64,000 nt of DNA, from IMG/VR virus record IMGVR_UViG_3300026078_000017, positions 248,001 to 312,000 of that record. One strand, given 5' to 3'. A model generated the notes under the pieces. It was not told the origin of the DNA. It worked only from the letters and a program-made list of their open reading frames with translations, and made no database searches. Of this stretch, positions 35,050 through 44,028 are shown piece after piece (within the stretch, counting starts at the first letter, position 1; the number at the start of each line of letters is the position of its first letter). A program made the position numbers and the translations under genes.

Positions 35050-35298
35050 ATGACAACGTCAGTAGAACTTAAGTCTGGTGTTGTTTATACCGTGGCATCA
35101 GACTTTATCTTTGTGCCATGTAGTGGCGGATATAAAGCCGCTGTGTCGCCTGGACACAAGTTTCTGTTGACAGTACACAGTTACTTGCACGATCCAAAAC
35201 GTCGCGGGGAATGTTTCCACATGATTGGCGAGGAAACTAGTCATGTTTTTGTTATCGAACGCAAATACTTGGATAGATTGATCGAGGTAGAAAAATGA
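35050..35298 (+). CDS. small SH3-like protein
   Basis: LKSGVVY; own promoter. Confidence 0.65.
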   Translation: MTTSVELKSGVVYTVASDFIFVPCSGGYKAAVSPGHKFLLTVHSYLHDPKRRGECFHMIGEETSHVFVIERKYLDRLIEVEK

Positions 35299-35477
35299 AT
35301 TCGTCGCTTCGTAGTACCATCTTTGATATCGCTCTTGGGGCGGGTTTGGTGTTGGGGTTGTATAGCAATCCTTATGCCTGGGCTTGTGTGGTTCTCATGG
35401 TCATCATGTCATTGATTAATCCCGTGGTGCCAAAGTCTGTGCAATGTTCGTGCCAGAAAGAAAAGACTCAGGGCTGA
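35295..35477 (+). CDS. small membrane protein
   Basis: Two hydrophobic segments. Confidence 0.6.
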   Translation: MNSSLRSTIFDIALGAGLVLGLYSNPYAWACVVLMVIMSLINPVVPKSVQCSCQKEKTQG

Positions 35478-35487
35478 AAGAAACGGG

Positions 35488-36039
35488 CTAATATTTATTT
35501 GCTCGTTCTTTCCGTGTGTAGGTTGGCAAAAGAAGTGTATTATCACGATACGCAAATACCCAACCATTACATTTTTGAATGCGATTTTTGCACATACTAA
35601 CAATAGCTTCATTAGGAATATTACAGGCCCGAGATGCTTCACGAATACCGTTAAATTCCTTTATTTCTTGTGTGGCAATATTGTAACCATGAACAGGTTT
35701 CCGTTGATCTTTTTTAATCTTCATCACAACTGGAATTCCAGTCCACCTGTCTGAAACTGCTTTCCTTAGATTATAGCACGATCTCTGATTGTCATAAAAA
35801 AGGTTCAACCAGTCCTGTTCTCTCAATTCAAGATTTTCAATACAAGAAATTTCCAAGATTTGGGTACTGAAATGTTCAGTACCTGACTTATTGAAGTCAC
35901 GTTGTAAAAATATGTTTGGATGCCGATTCCTTCGTAAGTCTCTAAAATGCCTATGCATTCGTGCCTCATATGAACGTGTACTTCCGACATAAAATCGACC
36001 ATTCAAATTGTTGTTGATAACGTAAACGCAAGAAATCAT
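35488..36039 (-). CDS. GIY-YIG homing endonuclease with NUMOD1-like C-terminus
   Basis: CVYVI...FYVGST...R...H.N..LQ...E; EFNGIREASR; AT-rich and antisense to neighbours. Confidence 0.9.
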   Translation of the reverse strand: MISCVYVINNNLNGRFYVGSTRSYEARMHRHFRDLRRNRHPNIFLQRDFNKSGTEHFSTQILEISCIENLELREQDWLNLFYDNQRSCYNLRKAVSDRWTGIPVVMKIKKDQRKPVHGYNIATQEIKEFNGIREASRACNIPNEAIVSMCKNRIQKCNGWVFAYRDNTLLLPTYTRKERANKY

Positions 36040-36178
36040 AGAGTTATTGTTGTTGCACACATGATTTGATGGGTAAAGAAGAAAGAAAGAAGTTGACTTC
36101 CTAAGCTCAGGTGCTAAACCAAGGTAATCGGAAAGCGGAACCCCGCTAACAAACAAAAGAAGAAAAGAGGATACAGTA

Positions 36179-36457
36179 ATGAAGATTGGAATGCATGTTT
36201 CGGTGATCGAGTCGGGTGCGCGTGGTGTGCTTGTCGGCCTTGAGGGTGAGACGGCTACGGTTCGTCTCCGCAATGAGGACAAGACGCTTTCGGCCAGCGA
36301 GAGCACGTATGCGGTGAGTGCACTCAAGGGTGAGAAGGGTCGTCCGGTTCGTCTGGATCGCCTTGCCGCTCAGGATGCCACGGTGACGGCTGAGGCTCCC
36401 GCTGCGGAGACGGCTGTCGAGTCGGAGACGTCCACGGATGAGGTTTCGGCTGCCTGA
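36179..36457 (+). CDS. small SH3-like KGRP protein
   Basis: MKIGMHV...GETATVRL...KGRPVRL; strong leader. Confidence 0.8.
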   Translation: MKIGMHVSVIESGARGVLVGLEGETATVRLRNEDKTLSASESTYAVSALKGEKGRPVRLDRLAAQDATVTAEAPAAETAVESETSTDEVSAA

Positions 36458-36459
36458 TT

Positions 36460-36680
36460 AGCAGGTTGTCGAACACAAAAAGCAAGAACAAGAAAACAAA
36501 AAACGTTGTAATGTTCGTGTAGTCTATACTTTGTAAGCTGCATTTCTTACGGGGGATGTAGAGAACGACGTAGGGTTAGGTGTTGGAAGTGACATCGACG
36601 CGAAACGTACTTGTATGATTTGGTGAGGGAAAGCCGCCGTTGATCTGGCTTGACTCTGGGGAGAGACCTCGGCCAATTTT
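36460..36680 (+). ncRNA. possible structured non-coding RNA
   Basis: No plus-strand ORF; several short hairpins (GTAAG/CTTAC, GGTG/CGCC, GGG/CTC around GAGA). Confidence 0.3.
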
Positions 36681-36683
36681 CCA

Positions 36684-36872
36684 ATGTCGAAAAATAAGAA
36701 AGAAGCTCATGCTCAGTCTGTTGACATTGAGTCCCTTGTGTCTGATCTAGTTCAAGAACTGGATTATGACATGTGGAAGTCGCTCTTTGACGAGGAGTGC
36801 ATGGAAGATCCTGAGGCTGCCGCAGAAACGCGTGAGGCACTCTGTGAGATTGTTCGTAAACACTGTTCATAA
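36684..36872 (+). CDS. small acidic hypothetical protein
   Basis: D/E-rich 62 aa. Confidence 0.65.
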   Translation: MSKNKKEAHAQSVDIESLVSDLVQELDYDMWKSLFDEECMEDPEAAAETREALCEIVRKHCS

Positions 36873-36888
36873 GTGTTTAGCTCTGGTA

Positions 36889-36973
36889 ACTCCTGGATCC
36901 AGCGGGTAAGGAACCGTCCTCTTAAACGACAGTGGGTGATAACCCAATGCAGGTTCGAATCCTGCCAGGAGTC
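36889..36973 (+). tRNA. type II (long variable arm) tRNA, probably Leu-derived, aberrant anticodon arm
   Basis: ACTCCTG/CAGGAGT acceptor; GCAGG-TTCGAAT-CCTGC; variable arm TGGGT/ACCCA; anticodon loop CTCTTAAAC ambiguous. Confidence 0.7.
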
Positions 36974-36974
36974 T

Positions 36975-37196
36975 ATGTACAAAATGTTTGAAGACAATTT
37001 GGGTTGGGGGTTGGTCATTGTTTTTATTTTGTTTGCATTGTTTGGTGGACTCATGGTTTCCATGATTCAAAGCACTTACACACAGGACTGTCAGGAAATC
37101 TGCGATTCCCGTGGCACAGAAATGCGTCGTGTAACTTCGTTCGGATGCCTGTGCGAGAATGGCGAAGTTGTCAACCACTCCTCCAATCGGCGTTAA
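36975..37196 (+). CDS. membrane protein with Cys-rich C-terminus
   Basis: TM helix then C-x3-C...CLC; similar layout to 57859..58044. Confidence 0.65.
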   Translation: MYKMFEDNLGWGLVIVFILFALFGGLMVSMIQSTYTQDCQEICDSRGTEMRRVTSFGCLCENGEVVNHSSNRR

Positions 37197-37448
37197 ATGC
37201 TTGATCCCAATTATTACCTTGACGCAAGAGTTGGGGACATTTGGGACATTGAAGGCACAGCTTGGCGCATTGTAGTCTTGGTAATAGAACCACTTGACTC
37301 AGAAGGTCGTGCCATGTGTCTCAAGTTGAGATTTTGGAATGATGGGAACGATGAAACTCATCGTGGTCCTAGAATATCTGCCACTGCATTTGTTCATGGC
37401 CGTAAAAGATCGACCTTGATCGCAAGGATTGACGACGAAAATCCTTGA
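37197..37448 (+). CDS. small SH3/KOW-like protein (GD family)
   Basis: ARVGDIW...VLVIEP...LIAR. Confidence 0.75.
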   Translation: MLDPNYYLDARVGDIWDIEGTAWRIVVLVIEPLDSEGRAMCLKLRFWNDGNDETHRGPRISATAFVHGRKRSTLIARIDDENP

Positions 37449-37478
37449 CCAAAATCGAGAGTCTGCTAAGACCTAGTC

Positions 37479-37850
37479 ATGCGAAACAACACGACTCAGG
37501 TTATGTGGATCAACCCGCGAGCAAGCCTTACCATCGTCGCCAAGGAAAGCCGTCAGCTTGGTCGGTGCTATCATGGCACGACCTATGAGGTTTCCAGCAC
37601 CAAGGAAATTTCTCCTGCGACTCTTTACCAGCTTTTTCTCCTGGGCTTTTTCGGAGCCGGTCAGGAATTCAAGGTGGTCAGCTCGGAAGAGCACAAGGAT
37701 TCGATTGCCCCGTGTGTGGTTGACCTGACAACGAACAAGATGATCGAAGGTGCAGTTGCCACGAATCAGTATTCCGGCAAGCCCTACGAGCCCATGAACA
37801 TGTCCTATTGGGTTTATCAGGTAGAGCGTCGAACCGACAGTGGTGACTGA
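37479..37850 (+). CDS. hypothetical protein
   Basis: Own promoter, GC-rich codons. Confidence 0.75.
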   Translation: MRNNTTQVMWINPRASLTIVAKESRQLGRCYHGTTYEVSSTKEISPATLYQLFLLGFFGAGQEFKVVSSEEHKDSIAPCVVDLTTNKMIEGAVATNQYSGKPYEPMNMSYWVYQVERRTDSGD

Positions 37851-37904
37851 CCCTGTTGACAACTGTCATTTGCCATGCTAGAAGACTTCTAAGGAGTTCA
37901 AGGC

Positions 37905-38291
37905 ATGGCAAATTCAGATTCAGACTCGGGTTCGATTGCAGCATTTCTTGGCAAGGGATTGCTGAAGGTTGTGTTGCATTTCTTGTACACCGTTTACGGT
38001 GGTTGGGTTTTGACGATTGCATGGGGTTGGTTCGCTGTGGCATTTTTCCACATGGCACCCATTACGATTCTTGGGGCAATCGCTCTTTCTCTCTTGCGGA
38101 GTGTTTTTTTCATGGACATTGCCACCATGCGAGTGGCACTGGCTGTGGACAAGCATCTTAAGTTGGACAACACGACTAAGGGACTTGTTGACTGGATTGG
38201 TCAACCTCTTTTGGATACCATGGTTCTGATTGCCTGCATTATGACACACTTTGTCCTCTTCCCCTTGCTCATAGCTTTTGGTCTTTCCTGA
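37905..38291 (+). CDS. multi-pass membrane protein
   Basis: Three hydrophobic segments; AGGAG RBS; own promoter. Confidence 0.7.
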   Translation: MANSDSDSGSIAAFLGKGLLKVVLHFLYTVYGGWVLTIAWGWFAVAFFHMAPITILGAIALSLLRSVFFMDIATMRVALAVDKHLKLDNTTKGLVDWIGQPLLDTMVLIACIMTHFVLFPLLIAFGLS

Positions 38292-38298
38292 GAAGTGC

Positions 38299-38553
38299 AT
38301 GACCGAGCCCGAAAACATTGACAAGTCTCTCATTGACGTGGGGGACTTGCTTTGTTTTAAGTCTTTCAGAGACGATTTTTACTTGGTTGTGAAAAACAAC
38401 GACATGGTTGAAGTTGGCTTTGGGGACGACCTTTATTGTATTGCTTATCATCGAATATTGAATCTTCGTGATTTTCGGTGTGAGCGTATCACAGCGGCAA
38501 ACTTCGTAGCCAACCCAAACTTTTTTCTTGTAGCAAAAGCCAATCTAGAGTAA
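38299..38553 (+). CDS. small SH3/KOW-like protein (GD family)
   Basis: IDVGDLL...YLVV...ILNL. Confidence 0.75.
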   Translation: MTEPENIDKSLIDVGDLLCFKSFRDDFYLVVKNNDMVEVGFGDDLYCIAYHRILNLRDFRCERITAANFVANPNFFLVAKANLE

Positions 38554-38564
38554 GATAAGAAACC

Positions 38565-38828
38565 ATGACCAAGACCAACTATCTATACACCCACGAGGCT
38601 CTAAAAGGTCTTTGGGAGCTTTATTGGGACGCACGGATGCCTAACCACATTCCTGGTGCGGAAGTCCCTAAAGAGAACGTGGTGTCTCTAAAAATCAAGA
38701 CTAACATCGAGCAGGTAACCCGAGCTATGACCGAGGCTCTCAATCAGGTTATCGAGGAAAAAAAGAAGAACAAGAAGGAAGCAAATGACGGATCCGTATC
38801 GAGTGAGTCAAAAGCCAGAAACGCCTAA
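38565..38828 (+). CDS. hypothetical protein
   Basis: In operon. Confidence 0.6.
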   Translation: MTKTNYLYTHEALKGLWELYWDARMPNHIPGAEVPKENVVSLKIKTNIEQVTRAMTEALNQVIEEKKKNKKEANDGSVSSESKARNA

Positions 38829-39273
38829 AGTTGAACTTGACCCGAGTCTAAAGCCTTATTTTATTTATCTCGACATTGAGATAGAAAATAAAAAGACCAA
38901 GGCAACCACAGCGGCATATCATCCAGAGTACGAAATGGCTCGTGATAAATACGAGGCGTTTCAGTATGTCTTGACAAAGCTCAAGAAGATTCACTCTGTT
39001 GTGAAGATTAAGGGATTTATGGTTATAGGGCTTGAGGACTTTGGGTGGTTTGCCCCTAGTTCTGCGTCTTTCTTTCCAGTTCGTCTCATGGCTTTTGGAT
39101 GTTTTTCCACCCGTGGAATCATCTTGGAACGATTTACTTCTAGTGACAAATATGCCGCACTCAAAAAGATGAGTGATAAACATGAGTTTGGTCATGAAAA
39201 TGTAGTTATTGTCACGGCAGATGACCTTCGACAGGTGGTCAAGAATGCCATAGAAAATGCCAATTCAGAATAG
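38785..39273 (+). CDS. hypothetical protein
   Basis: MTDPYR start, AAGGA RBS. Confidence 0.7.
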   Translation: MTDPYRVSQKPETPKVELDPSLKPYFIYLDIEIENKKTKATTAAYHPEYEMARDKYEAFQYVLTKLKKIHSVVKIKGFMVIGLEDFGWFAPSSASFFPVRLMAFGCFSTRGIILERFTSSDKYAALKKMSDKHEFGHENVVIVTADDLRQVVKNAIENANSE

Positions 39274-39553
39274 CATTCCTGTCACACTGGATGGATTCAC
39301 CGAACACCTGACCAGGAATCCAAGAGTTGGTGACGTTATTTACATGCCTCACCCTAGCGGACGTCCATATGATCCAGGGAGAAGCAAGTTGCTTTTTGTC
39401 ATCGAAGTAAAAGCGACAAAAGAAAATCAAAACACGAAACTGGATCCCCTGCATGTTCGAGTGATAAACTTGTTCACCATGGAAAAGTTTGGCATGTGGA
39501 TATCGGATTTTGAATATTATCGTCTGATTGCTGAGTTAGAACTTGAAAGATAG
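39257..39553 (+). CDS. small SH3/KOW-like protein (GD family)
   Basis: PRVGDVIY...LFVIE...VINL. Confidence 0.75.
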   Translation: MPIQNSIPVTLDGFTEHLTRNPRVGDVIYMPHPSGRPYDPGRSKLLFVIEVKATKENQNTKLDPLHVRVINLFTMEKFGMWISDFEYYRLIAELELER

Positions 39554-39590
39554 TCCTTGACGCCATCTTGAAATCTGGTAAGATACTCCT

Positions 39591-39893
39591 ATGCAAACGC
39601 TCAAGCTTGAAGAGAAGGTCATCAACGTGGTCGACTACAACGATCTCGATGATTTCATCAGTTTTCACTACGGAGTCCCTTTCGAGGTTGTTGCCGACCA
39701 GGAAATGAACAACTATTCTTCCAAGCTGATCAAGGTCGAGAAGGAAAACCTTGATCAGTGGCAACAGGAAGATTTGAATTACCTCAAGGAATCGGGGGAC
39801 TATAAGGGTGGGTCACTTCGTACACTTTTGGCAGATCTGTGCAACCGTGGACACCTCGCACCCGGAAACTACCTGATTCAGGTGTTCTGGTGA
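39591..39893 (+). CDS. conserved phage hypothetical protein
   Basis: LLADLCNRGHLAPGNYLIQVFW; own promoter. Confidence 0.8.
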   Translation: MQTLKLEEKVINVVDYNDLDDFISFHYGVPFEVVADQEMNNYSSKLIKVEKENLDQWQQEDLNYLKESGDYKGGSLRTLLADLCNRGHLAPGNYLIQVFW

Positions 39894-39898
39894 CCTGA

Positions 39899-40177
39899 GT
39901 GGGACCAGGAGAAAAAGCAAGGATTCGTGTAAGAGGTGGTCAAGTTCCAGAACTTGGTGACCTCATTTACATTGAAGAGAACTTTGTTGACTCCTTGTCG
40001 ATTTATGGCATAGTGTGTAGCGAACCAGTACCGATTAGTTTTATTGGACCACCATCCAAAAAATTGCAAACAGAGGTTTTTAACCTTTTTACGCAACAAA
40101 AAGAACGGTTTCTATTCACGACAGACACCTATGGTTCTTGTTTAGTTCAAACATATGAAAGCAAAGAACGGACTTGA
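39899..40177 (+). CDS. small SH3/KOW-like protein (GD family)
   Basis: PELGDLIY...VFNL. Confidence 0.7.
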   Translation: MGPGEKARIRVRGGQVPELGDLIYIEENFVDSLSIYGIVCSEPVPISFIGPPSKKLQTEVFNLFTQQKERFLFTTDTYGSCLVQTYESKERT

Positions 40178-40415
40178 GGTAGAGATTGGGGACTTGTGGT
40201 CTTGGAAAATGGCGCCACTCAACGACAAAACAGATAACATCTTTCTTATTTTGAACGCAGAAATCGAAACACTTAAAGTAGATGGCGTTACACACGAACA
40301 AATAGTTTTCGAGGCATTTTGTTTTGAATACCACAAACGACGAAGGTTTCTGTTTCGAAACGATGCTAGATTTTACACTCTCATTTCAAGGTTAGACAAT
40401 GGTAAAGACGGTTAA
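40155..40415 (+). CDS. small SH3/KOW-like protein (NGLEVExGDLWS subfamily)
   Basis: KNGLEVEIGDLWS...YTLISR. Confidence 0.75.
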   Translation: MKAKNGLEVEIGDLWSWKMAPLNDKTDNIFLILNAEIETLKVDGVTHEQIVFEAFCFEYHKRRRFLFRNDARFYTLISRLDNGKDG

Positions 40416-40614
40416 TGGACTTGAGGTTGAACTTGGTGACCTTTGGTCATTTAGAACCGTAGACGAAGAAGACAAGTTGATTATGATTATCAGACTTGCC
40501 AAACTTCCAGGTGGAGATTCATCATTTCAGGTTCTCGACATGTCAACCAATGAAATCAAGAACTTTGGTTTTGCTCTGTTGCCTTGGAGATATGCCCTTA
40601 TTTCGAGAACTTGA
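40399..40614 (+). CDS. small SH3/KOW-like protein (NGLEVExGDLWS subfamily)
   Basis: VNGLEVELGDLWS...YALISR. Confidence 0.75.
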   Translation: MVKTVNGLEVELGDLWSFRTVDEEDKLIMIIRLAKLPGGDSSFQVLDMSTNEIKNFGFALLPWRYALISRT

Positions 40615-40650
40615 CATCTGATTTTAAGTGCGCTAACCTCTGGGTTCCCT

Positions 40651-41199
40651 ATGAGTCCAGCAGAAATTGCCTTAGTCATGATGTTGACCCGTGTGTGTAT
40701 TTCGGAAGGCGGGTTCGATGGTCATAAAGAGTGTGCAGTAATTGTACATGCCTTGACCGAACAAGCTGCCGAAAGAGGAATACCTCTCAGAACACAGGTT
40801 TGTTTATATGCTCCAAATTCTTGCCTGAGACACCGAACCGATGCACGAAGGTGGATCAATGACCTTGATCCAGAACGACGTTCTAGGCCCTCAGGATTTC
40901 CTAGAATGCTTTCTTGGACCACATACCGTCCGATGGTGGCTGCCATGTATGTGACAGCTTACAGGGCTTATACGGGCGCCATTGCAAGTCCATGTCCAGG
41001 AGCATTTCACTGGGGTGCCTCCTGGTGTCGTTCTTGTAGAGTCCGAATGCGAGAAGCAGGATTTCAGAGAATTCAGTGTGAAGGCGTAGGAAATCACTGG
41101 TGGGGACACCCTCAGGATTTTAGAAAACCTGAGCCAGAGACATTTGACCCCGTAGCATTTTGTGCTATCTCTTATTCATGGATGCCACCGAGCCAGTAG
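40651..41199 (+). CDS. putative SleB/Hydrolase_2-like cell wall hydrolase
   Basis: LTRVCISEG (catalytic Glu position), PCPGAFHW, VGNHWW. Confidence 0.55.
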   Translation: MSPAEIALVMMLTRVCISEGGFDGHKECAVIVHALTEQAAERGIPLRTQVCLYAPNSCLRHRTDARRWINDLDPERRSRPSGFPRMLSWTTYRPMVAAMYVTAYRAYTGAIASPCPGAFHWGASWCRSCRVRMREAGFQRIQCEGVGNHWWGHPQDFRKPEPETFDPVAFCAISYSWMPPSQ

Positions 41200-41546
41200 A
41201 ACACTGCCGAATCTGTCGTCACCCATTCAAGGATTTTGGATGGGGCAAACAGTCGTTGTGTTTTGGATTTGCCTGTTCTCGGTGTGTGAACAGGGCTTGT
41301 CGACTTGTTCGACGTCATAATCGTCGTGCACGGCTTGCGGACGTGAAGGGAAAGATTTTTGCTTTTGACTGGTTGTCGATCTTGTTTGCGCATGCATTCA
41401 AGTGTGCTACATGTCAAAAGGAAAAGGAGTTGACTCTTGATCACATTCGACCACTGTCGACAGGCGGCCAAAATTTGTCATGGAATATTCAGCCTCTATG
41501 CCTCTGCTGTCATGGCGAGAAGGACAATATCCGAAAGCGAGTTTGA
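41178..41546 (+). CDS. HNH endonuclease
   Basis: CATC...LTLDHIRPLSTGGQN...NIQPLCLCCH. Confidence 0.9.
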   Translation: MDATEPVEHCRICRHPFKDFGWGKQSLCFGFACSRCVNRACRLVRRHNRRARLADVKGKIFAFDWLSILFAHAFKCATCQKEKELTLDHIRPLSTGGQNLSWNIQPLCLCCHGEKDNIRKRV

Positions 41547-41895
41547 GGCGATATTCTATCCGGTAGGACGAACTTACCGGATTAGTCCTAAGTCTCTTGC
41601 GTCAACCTATTTTCATGGTTGGCCTACGGCAGAGTCACTTTTCAGTGAACTTGACGACCATTCTCAGCACTTTAACGTGAGAGCTGAGAAGGTGACATTT
41701 AAGTCTGGCGATCTTTTGTTATTGCTTGGACATGAAAAGCGTATCCAACCAGATGGTTGGCCCATGGTTATTTGGCACGTGTTTCACCTGGGTCTACAGA
41801 AAAACATGTGGATTCTTGAAAACATTGAGCCACTTGAGCCAACTCTGCTTGATAAAATCCGACAGGCAACAGACAATGACTATTCGTTTCCTTGA
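41512..41895 (+). CDS. small SH3-like protein (PVG subfamily)
   Basis: YPVGRTY...FKSGDLLLLLG. Confidence 0.7.
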   Translation: MARRTISESEFEAIFYPVGRTYRISPKSLASTYFHGWPTAESLFSELDDHSQHFNVRAEKVTFKSGDLLLLLGHEKRIQPDGWPMVIWHVFHLGLQKNMWILENIEPLEPTLLDKIRQATDNDYSFP

Positions 41896-41934
41896 GGGTT
41901 GCATCCCTTTAGAAACCTAGTATAGTGTGTGGGT

Positions 41935-42264
41935 ATGTCCACAAAAAGATCCCGCAAGCTACAAATTGGTGACTTCATCAAGTTTGATCCAAATGCTGTC
42001 GTGAAGAAGTTTCACAAGCATCCGATGGACGTGATGCACTACCTTGAAGACATTAACAACCCCAAGTTGGTTTACACTGACTCAGAAAATATTTTTCCTG
42101 AGGTTGAGCAGAACTATCTCATTTCAGATGCCCGAGACTACTTTGACCGTTTCGGTTATCGTACACGGGTCTGTAAGGTCGTAGGACTGGTCGATTCCTT
42201 GGATGGGTGGATGCCTGCTGCGAGTCTAAAGCTCGTGTATGAAGGCTCTGAGGACCCACAATGA
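41935..42264 (+). CDS. small SH3/KOW-like protein (GD family)
   Basis: LQIGDFIKF...GWMPAASLKL. Confidence 0.7.
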   Translation: MSTKRSRKLQIGDFIKFDPNAVVKKFHKHPMDVMHYLEDINNPKLVYTDSENIFPEVEQNYLISDARDYFDRFGYRTRVCKVVGLVDSLDGWMPAASLKLVYEGSEDPQ

Positions 42265-42431
42265 GCAAACCTCGGTCAGGTCACATTGGACCTGTTGGAT
42301 ATCTTTGGATTCCATACGATCCAGAGTATCACCAGTCACGATTGCAGTGGGCATTTTATCCCGAGTGTGACTCTGACTGGTGGTGGGTTCGGGTGCTTGG
42401 AGTAGAATTCTGTGTCGAACGCAAGCACTAA
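42261..42431 (+). CDS. small Trp-rich hypothetical protein
   Basis: Hand-translated 56 aa, ATGA-coupled. Confidence 0.5.
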   Translation: MSKPRSGHIGPVGYLWIPYDPEYHQSRLQWAFYPECDSDWWWVRVLGVEFCVERKH

Positions 42432-42432
42432 A

Positions 42433-42690
42433 ATGGAGTCAGATTTAGAAATTGGTGCCTTGTATAGGTGGAAACGAACACCTAAAACCTGGAATTCTTG
42501 GGAAATAACAAGTGTTATTTTTGAAGGTTCAACCACTCAACGATTTATGTTTCTTAAGGATATCCAGCGTCCCAGCACATATCCACACAGTCTTCCTTAC
42601 CTACCTCGTTACAAGTTTTGGTTTCTTGATCAAAATAAACTTGTAGAATTCGATCAAAGAGATATAGCAAGATTGGAAATGGTAAAGTGA
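42433..42690 (+). CDS. small SH3-like protein (GD family)
   Basis: LEIGALYRWK...FMFL. Confidence 0.7.
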   Translation: MESDLEIGALYRWKRTPKTWNSWEITSVIFEGSTTQRFMFLKDIQRPSTYPHSLPYLPRYKFWFLDQNKLVEFDQRDIARLEMVK

Positions 42691-43079
42691 CACTGCCTGA
42701 CACAATTGGTGAAATCTACAAGTGGAAACCTTCTACCGTCAGATTGACATATTGGGATGCATGGGTAGGAAGCACAGACAGAAATACTGACCAACCGCCA
42801 GTTTCTGCTTATGGTTACTACAAGAGAGTCGATCTCAAGGATCAATTTTTGCTCACAGACATTGTTTCCTGTCAAAACATTTTCTCAGACTCTCGTGACT
42901 TGTTTGTTTTCCTTGATGTGCTAAGAAACACCAAGGTCCGAATGTTTCCCATGGACGCAGAAGGGTTGATGTTGGCATATGACCAAAAAGAAGACACTCA
43001 GACAACGGATTCGTCAACTCGACAAGATTCTGGCGAAATGGCACTTCAAGACGTCAAGGGTGACGTTTCGGGTGGGTGA
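42687..43079 (+). CDS. small SH3-like protein (GD family)
   Basis: IGEIYKWK...FLDV. Confidence 0.65.
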   Translation: MTLPDTIGEIYKWKPSTVRLTYWDAWVGSTDRNTDQPPVSAYGYYKRVDLKDQFLLTDIVSCQNIFSDSRDLFVFLDVLRNTKVRMFPMDAEGLMLAYDQKEDTQTTDSSTRQDSGEMALQDVKGDVSGG

Positions 43080-43362
43080 TGTTTGGGAAGTGAGTCCAGA
43101 TGCCACTGTCAATTTTGATGTGGCAAACACTGATGAACAGCGTGATATTATTCAGTGGTGGGCAACACCCTTTCCTCCCAAAAGCGCTTTTTTGCTGCTT
43201 GCCAAGTCTTCTAGAGAAATGAGAAGGCAGAATGGAATCAACACAGACAGATTTACTTTCTTTGCATTGGAGCTGAAATCTCAGATGAAGTACGAAATTG
43301 TTTTCTCTCGTAAGGATGTGACAGACAAAGTCATCCGTCGGATTTCTTCCTTGCCTATCTAA
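42979..43362 (+). CDS. small SH3/KOW-like protein (GD family)
   Basis: FRVGDVW...FLLL. Confidence 0.7.
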   Translation: MTKKKTLRQRIRQLDKILAKWHFKTSRVTFRVGDVWEVSPDATVNFDVANTDEQRDIIQWWATPFPPKSAFLLLAKSSREMRRQNGINTDRFTFFALELKSQMKYEIVFSRKDVTDKVIRRISSLPI

Positions 43363-43387
43363 CCAATATCTGCTAAAGTTCCCTTAT

Positions 43388-43840
43388 ATGGAGTGCAACT
43401 TCTATAAAATGTGCGAGAAGGTTCGTGCAGATCTCGTTGAGATTTACACGGGAAATCCTTTTCCTGTAAAAGGCATGGAAAACTCCCTGATGCTCCTGAA
43501 CAATGGGCGTTGGCGTTTTTTCGATGAGCAGTTTGGTGGTGCGTGTGGTGTTGGCGCCTACATGTTGACCATTCTTGCACGACGACACAATCAGACATTG
43601 GTGCTTGCTGGACACCAGGCTCACTTTTGGTGTCAGACACCAGAAGGAACTATCGTTGACCCAACCTATGAGCAGTTTGACCCTCGTAGGCCAATTCACG
43701 TTGGTGCACCTTTGAAGTGGCATCATGGTTCTGAGGTTGACACTCGTGCCAAGGAAATTCTCAAAAGGTATCCTGAGACACAAAATCCGTTTTCACGATA
43801 TCATCGCCGGACACTTGAACGATGGATGAATACGCTGTAA
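43388..43840 (+). CDS. transglutaminase/papain-like Cys-His-Asp protein
   Basis: GACG...HFW...IVDPTYEQF. Confidence 0.65.
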   Translation: MECNFYKMCEKVRADLVEIYTGNPFPVKGMENSLMLLNNGRWRFFDEQFGGACGVGAYMLTILARRHNQTLVLAGHQAHFWCQTPEGTIVDPTYEQFDPRRPIHVGAPLKWHHGSEVDTRAKEILKRYPETQNPFSRYHRRTLERWMNTL

Positions 43841-44028
43841 AGTTTGCTGTTGGAAATATTCTTGTGTGGCATAATGTGCCATGTTATCTAATTTTAAGCG
43901 TAATGTTGCAGGATCCTATGAATTTGGGCTTTACCTGCAAAGTGTTAAATTTAAGAACACAAAAGAAAATACACAAAATTACAATTGTACCAGAAGCTTG
44001 GGAAGTTTGGAAACCAGATGACAAATAA
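43822..44028 (+). CDS. small SH3/KOW-like protein (GD family)
   Basis: FAVGNIL...YLIL...VLNL. Confidence 0.7.
   Translation: MDEYAVKFAVGNILVWHNVPCYLILSVMLQDPMNLGFTCKVLNLRTQKKIHKITIVPEAWEVWKPDDK

Noticed and set aside
36040-36327. N-terminal extension of the GIY-YIG ORF
   Set aside because: It overlaps the opposite-strand gene 36179 and its promoter; the nuclease domain begins at Met 36039.
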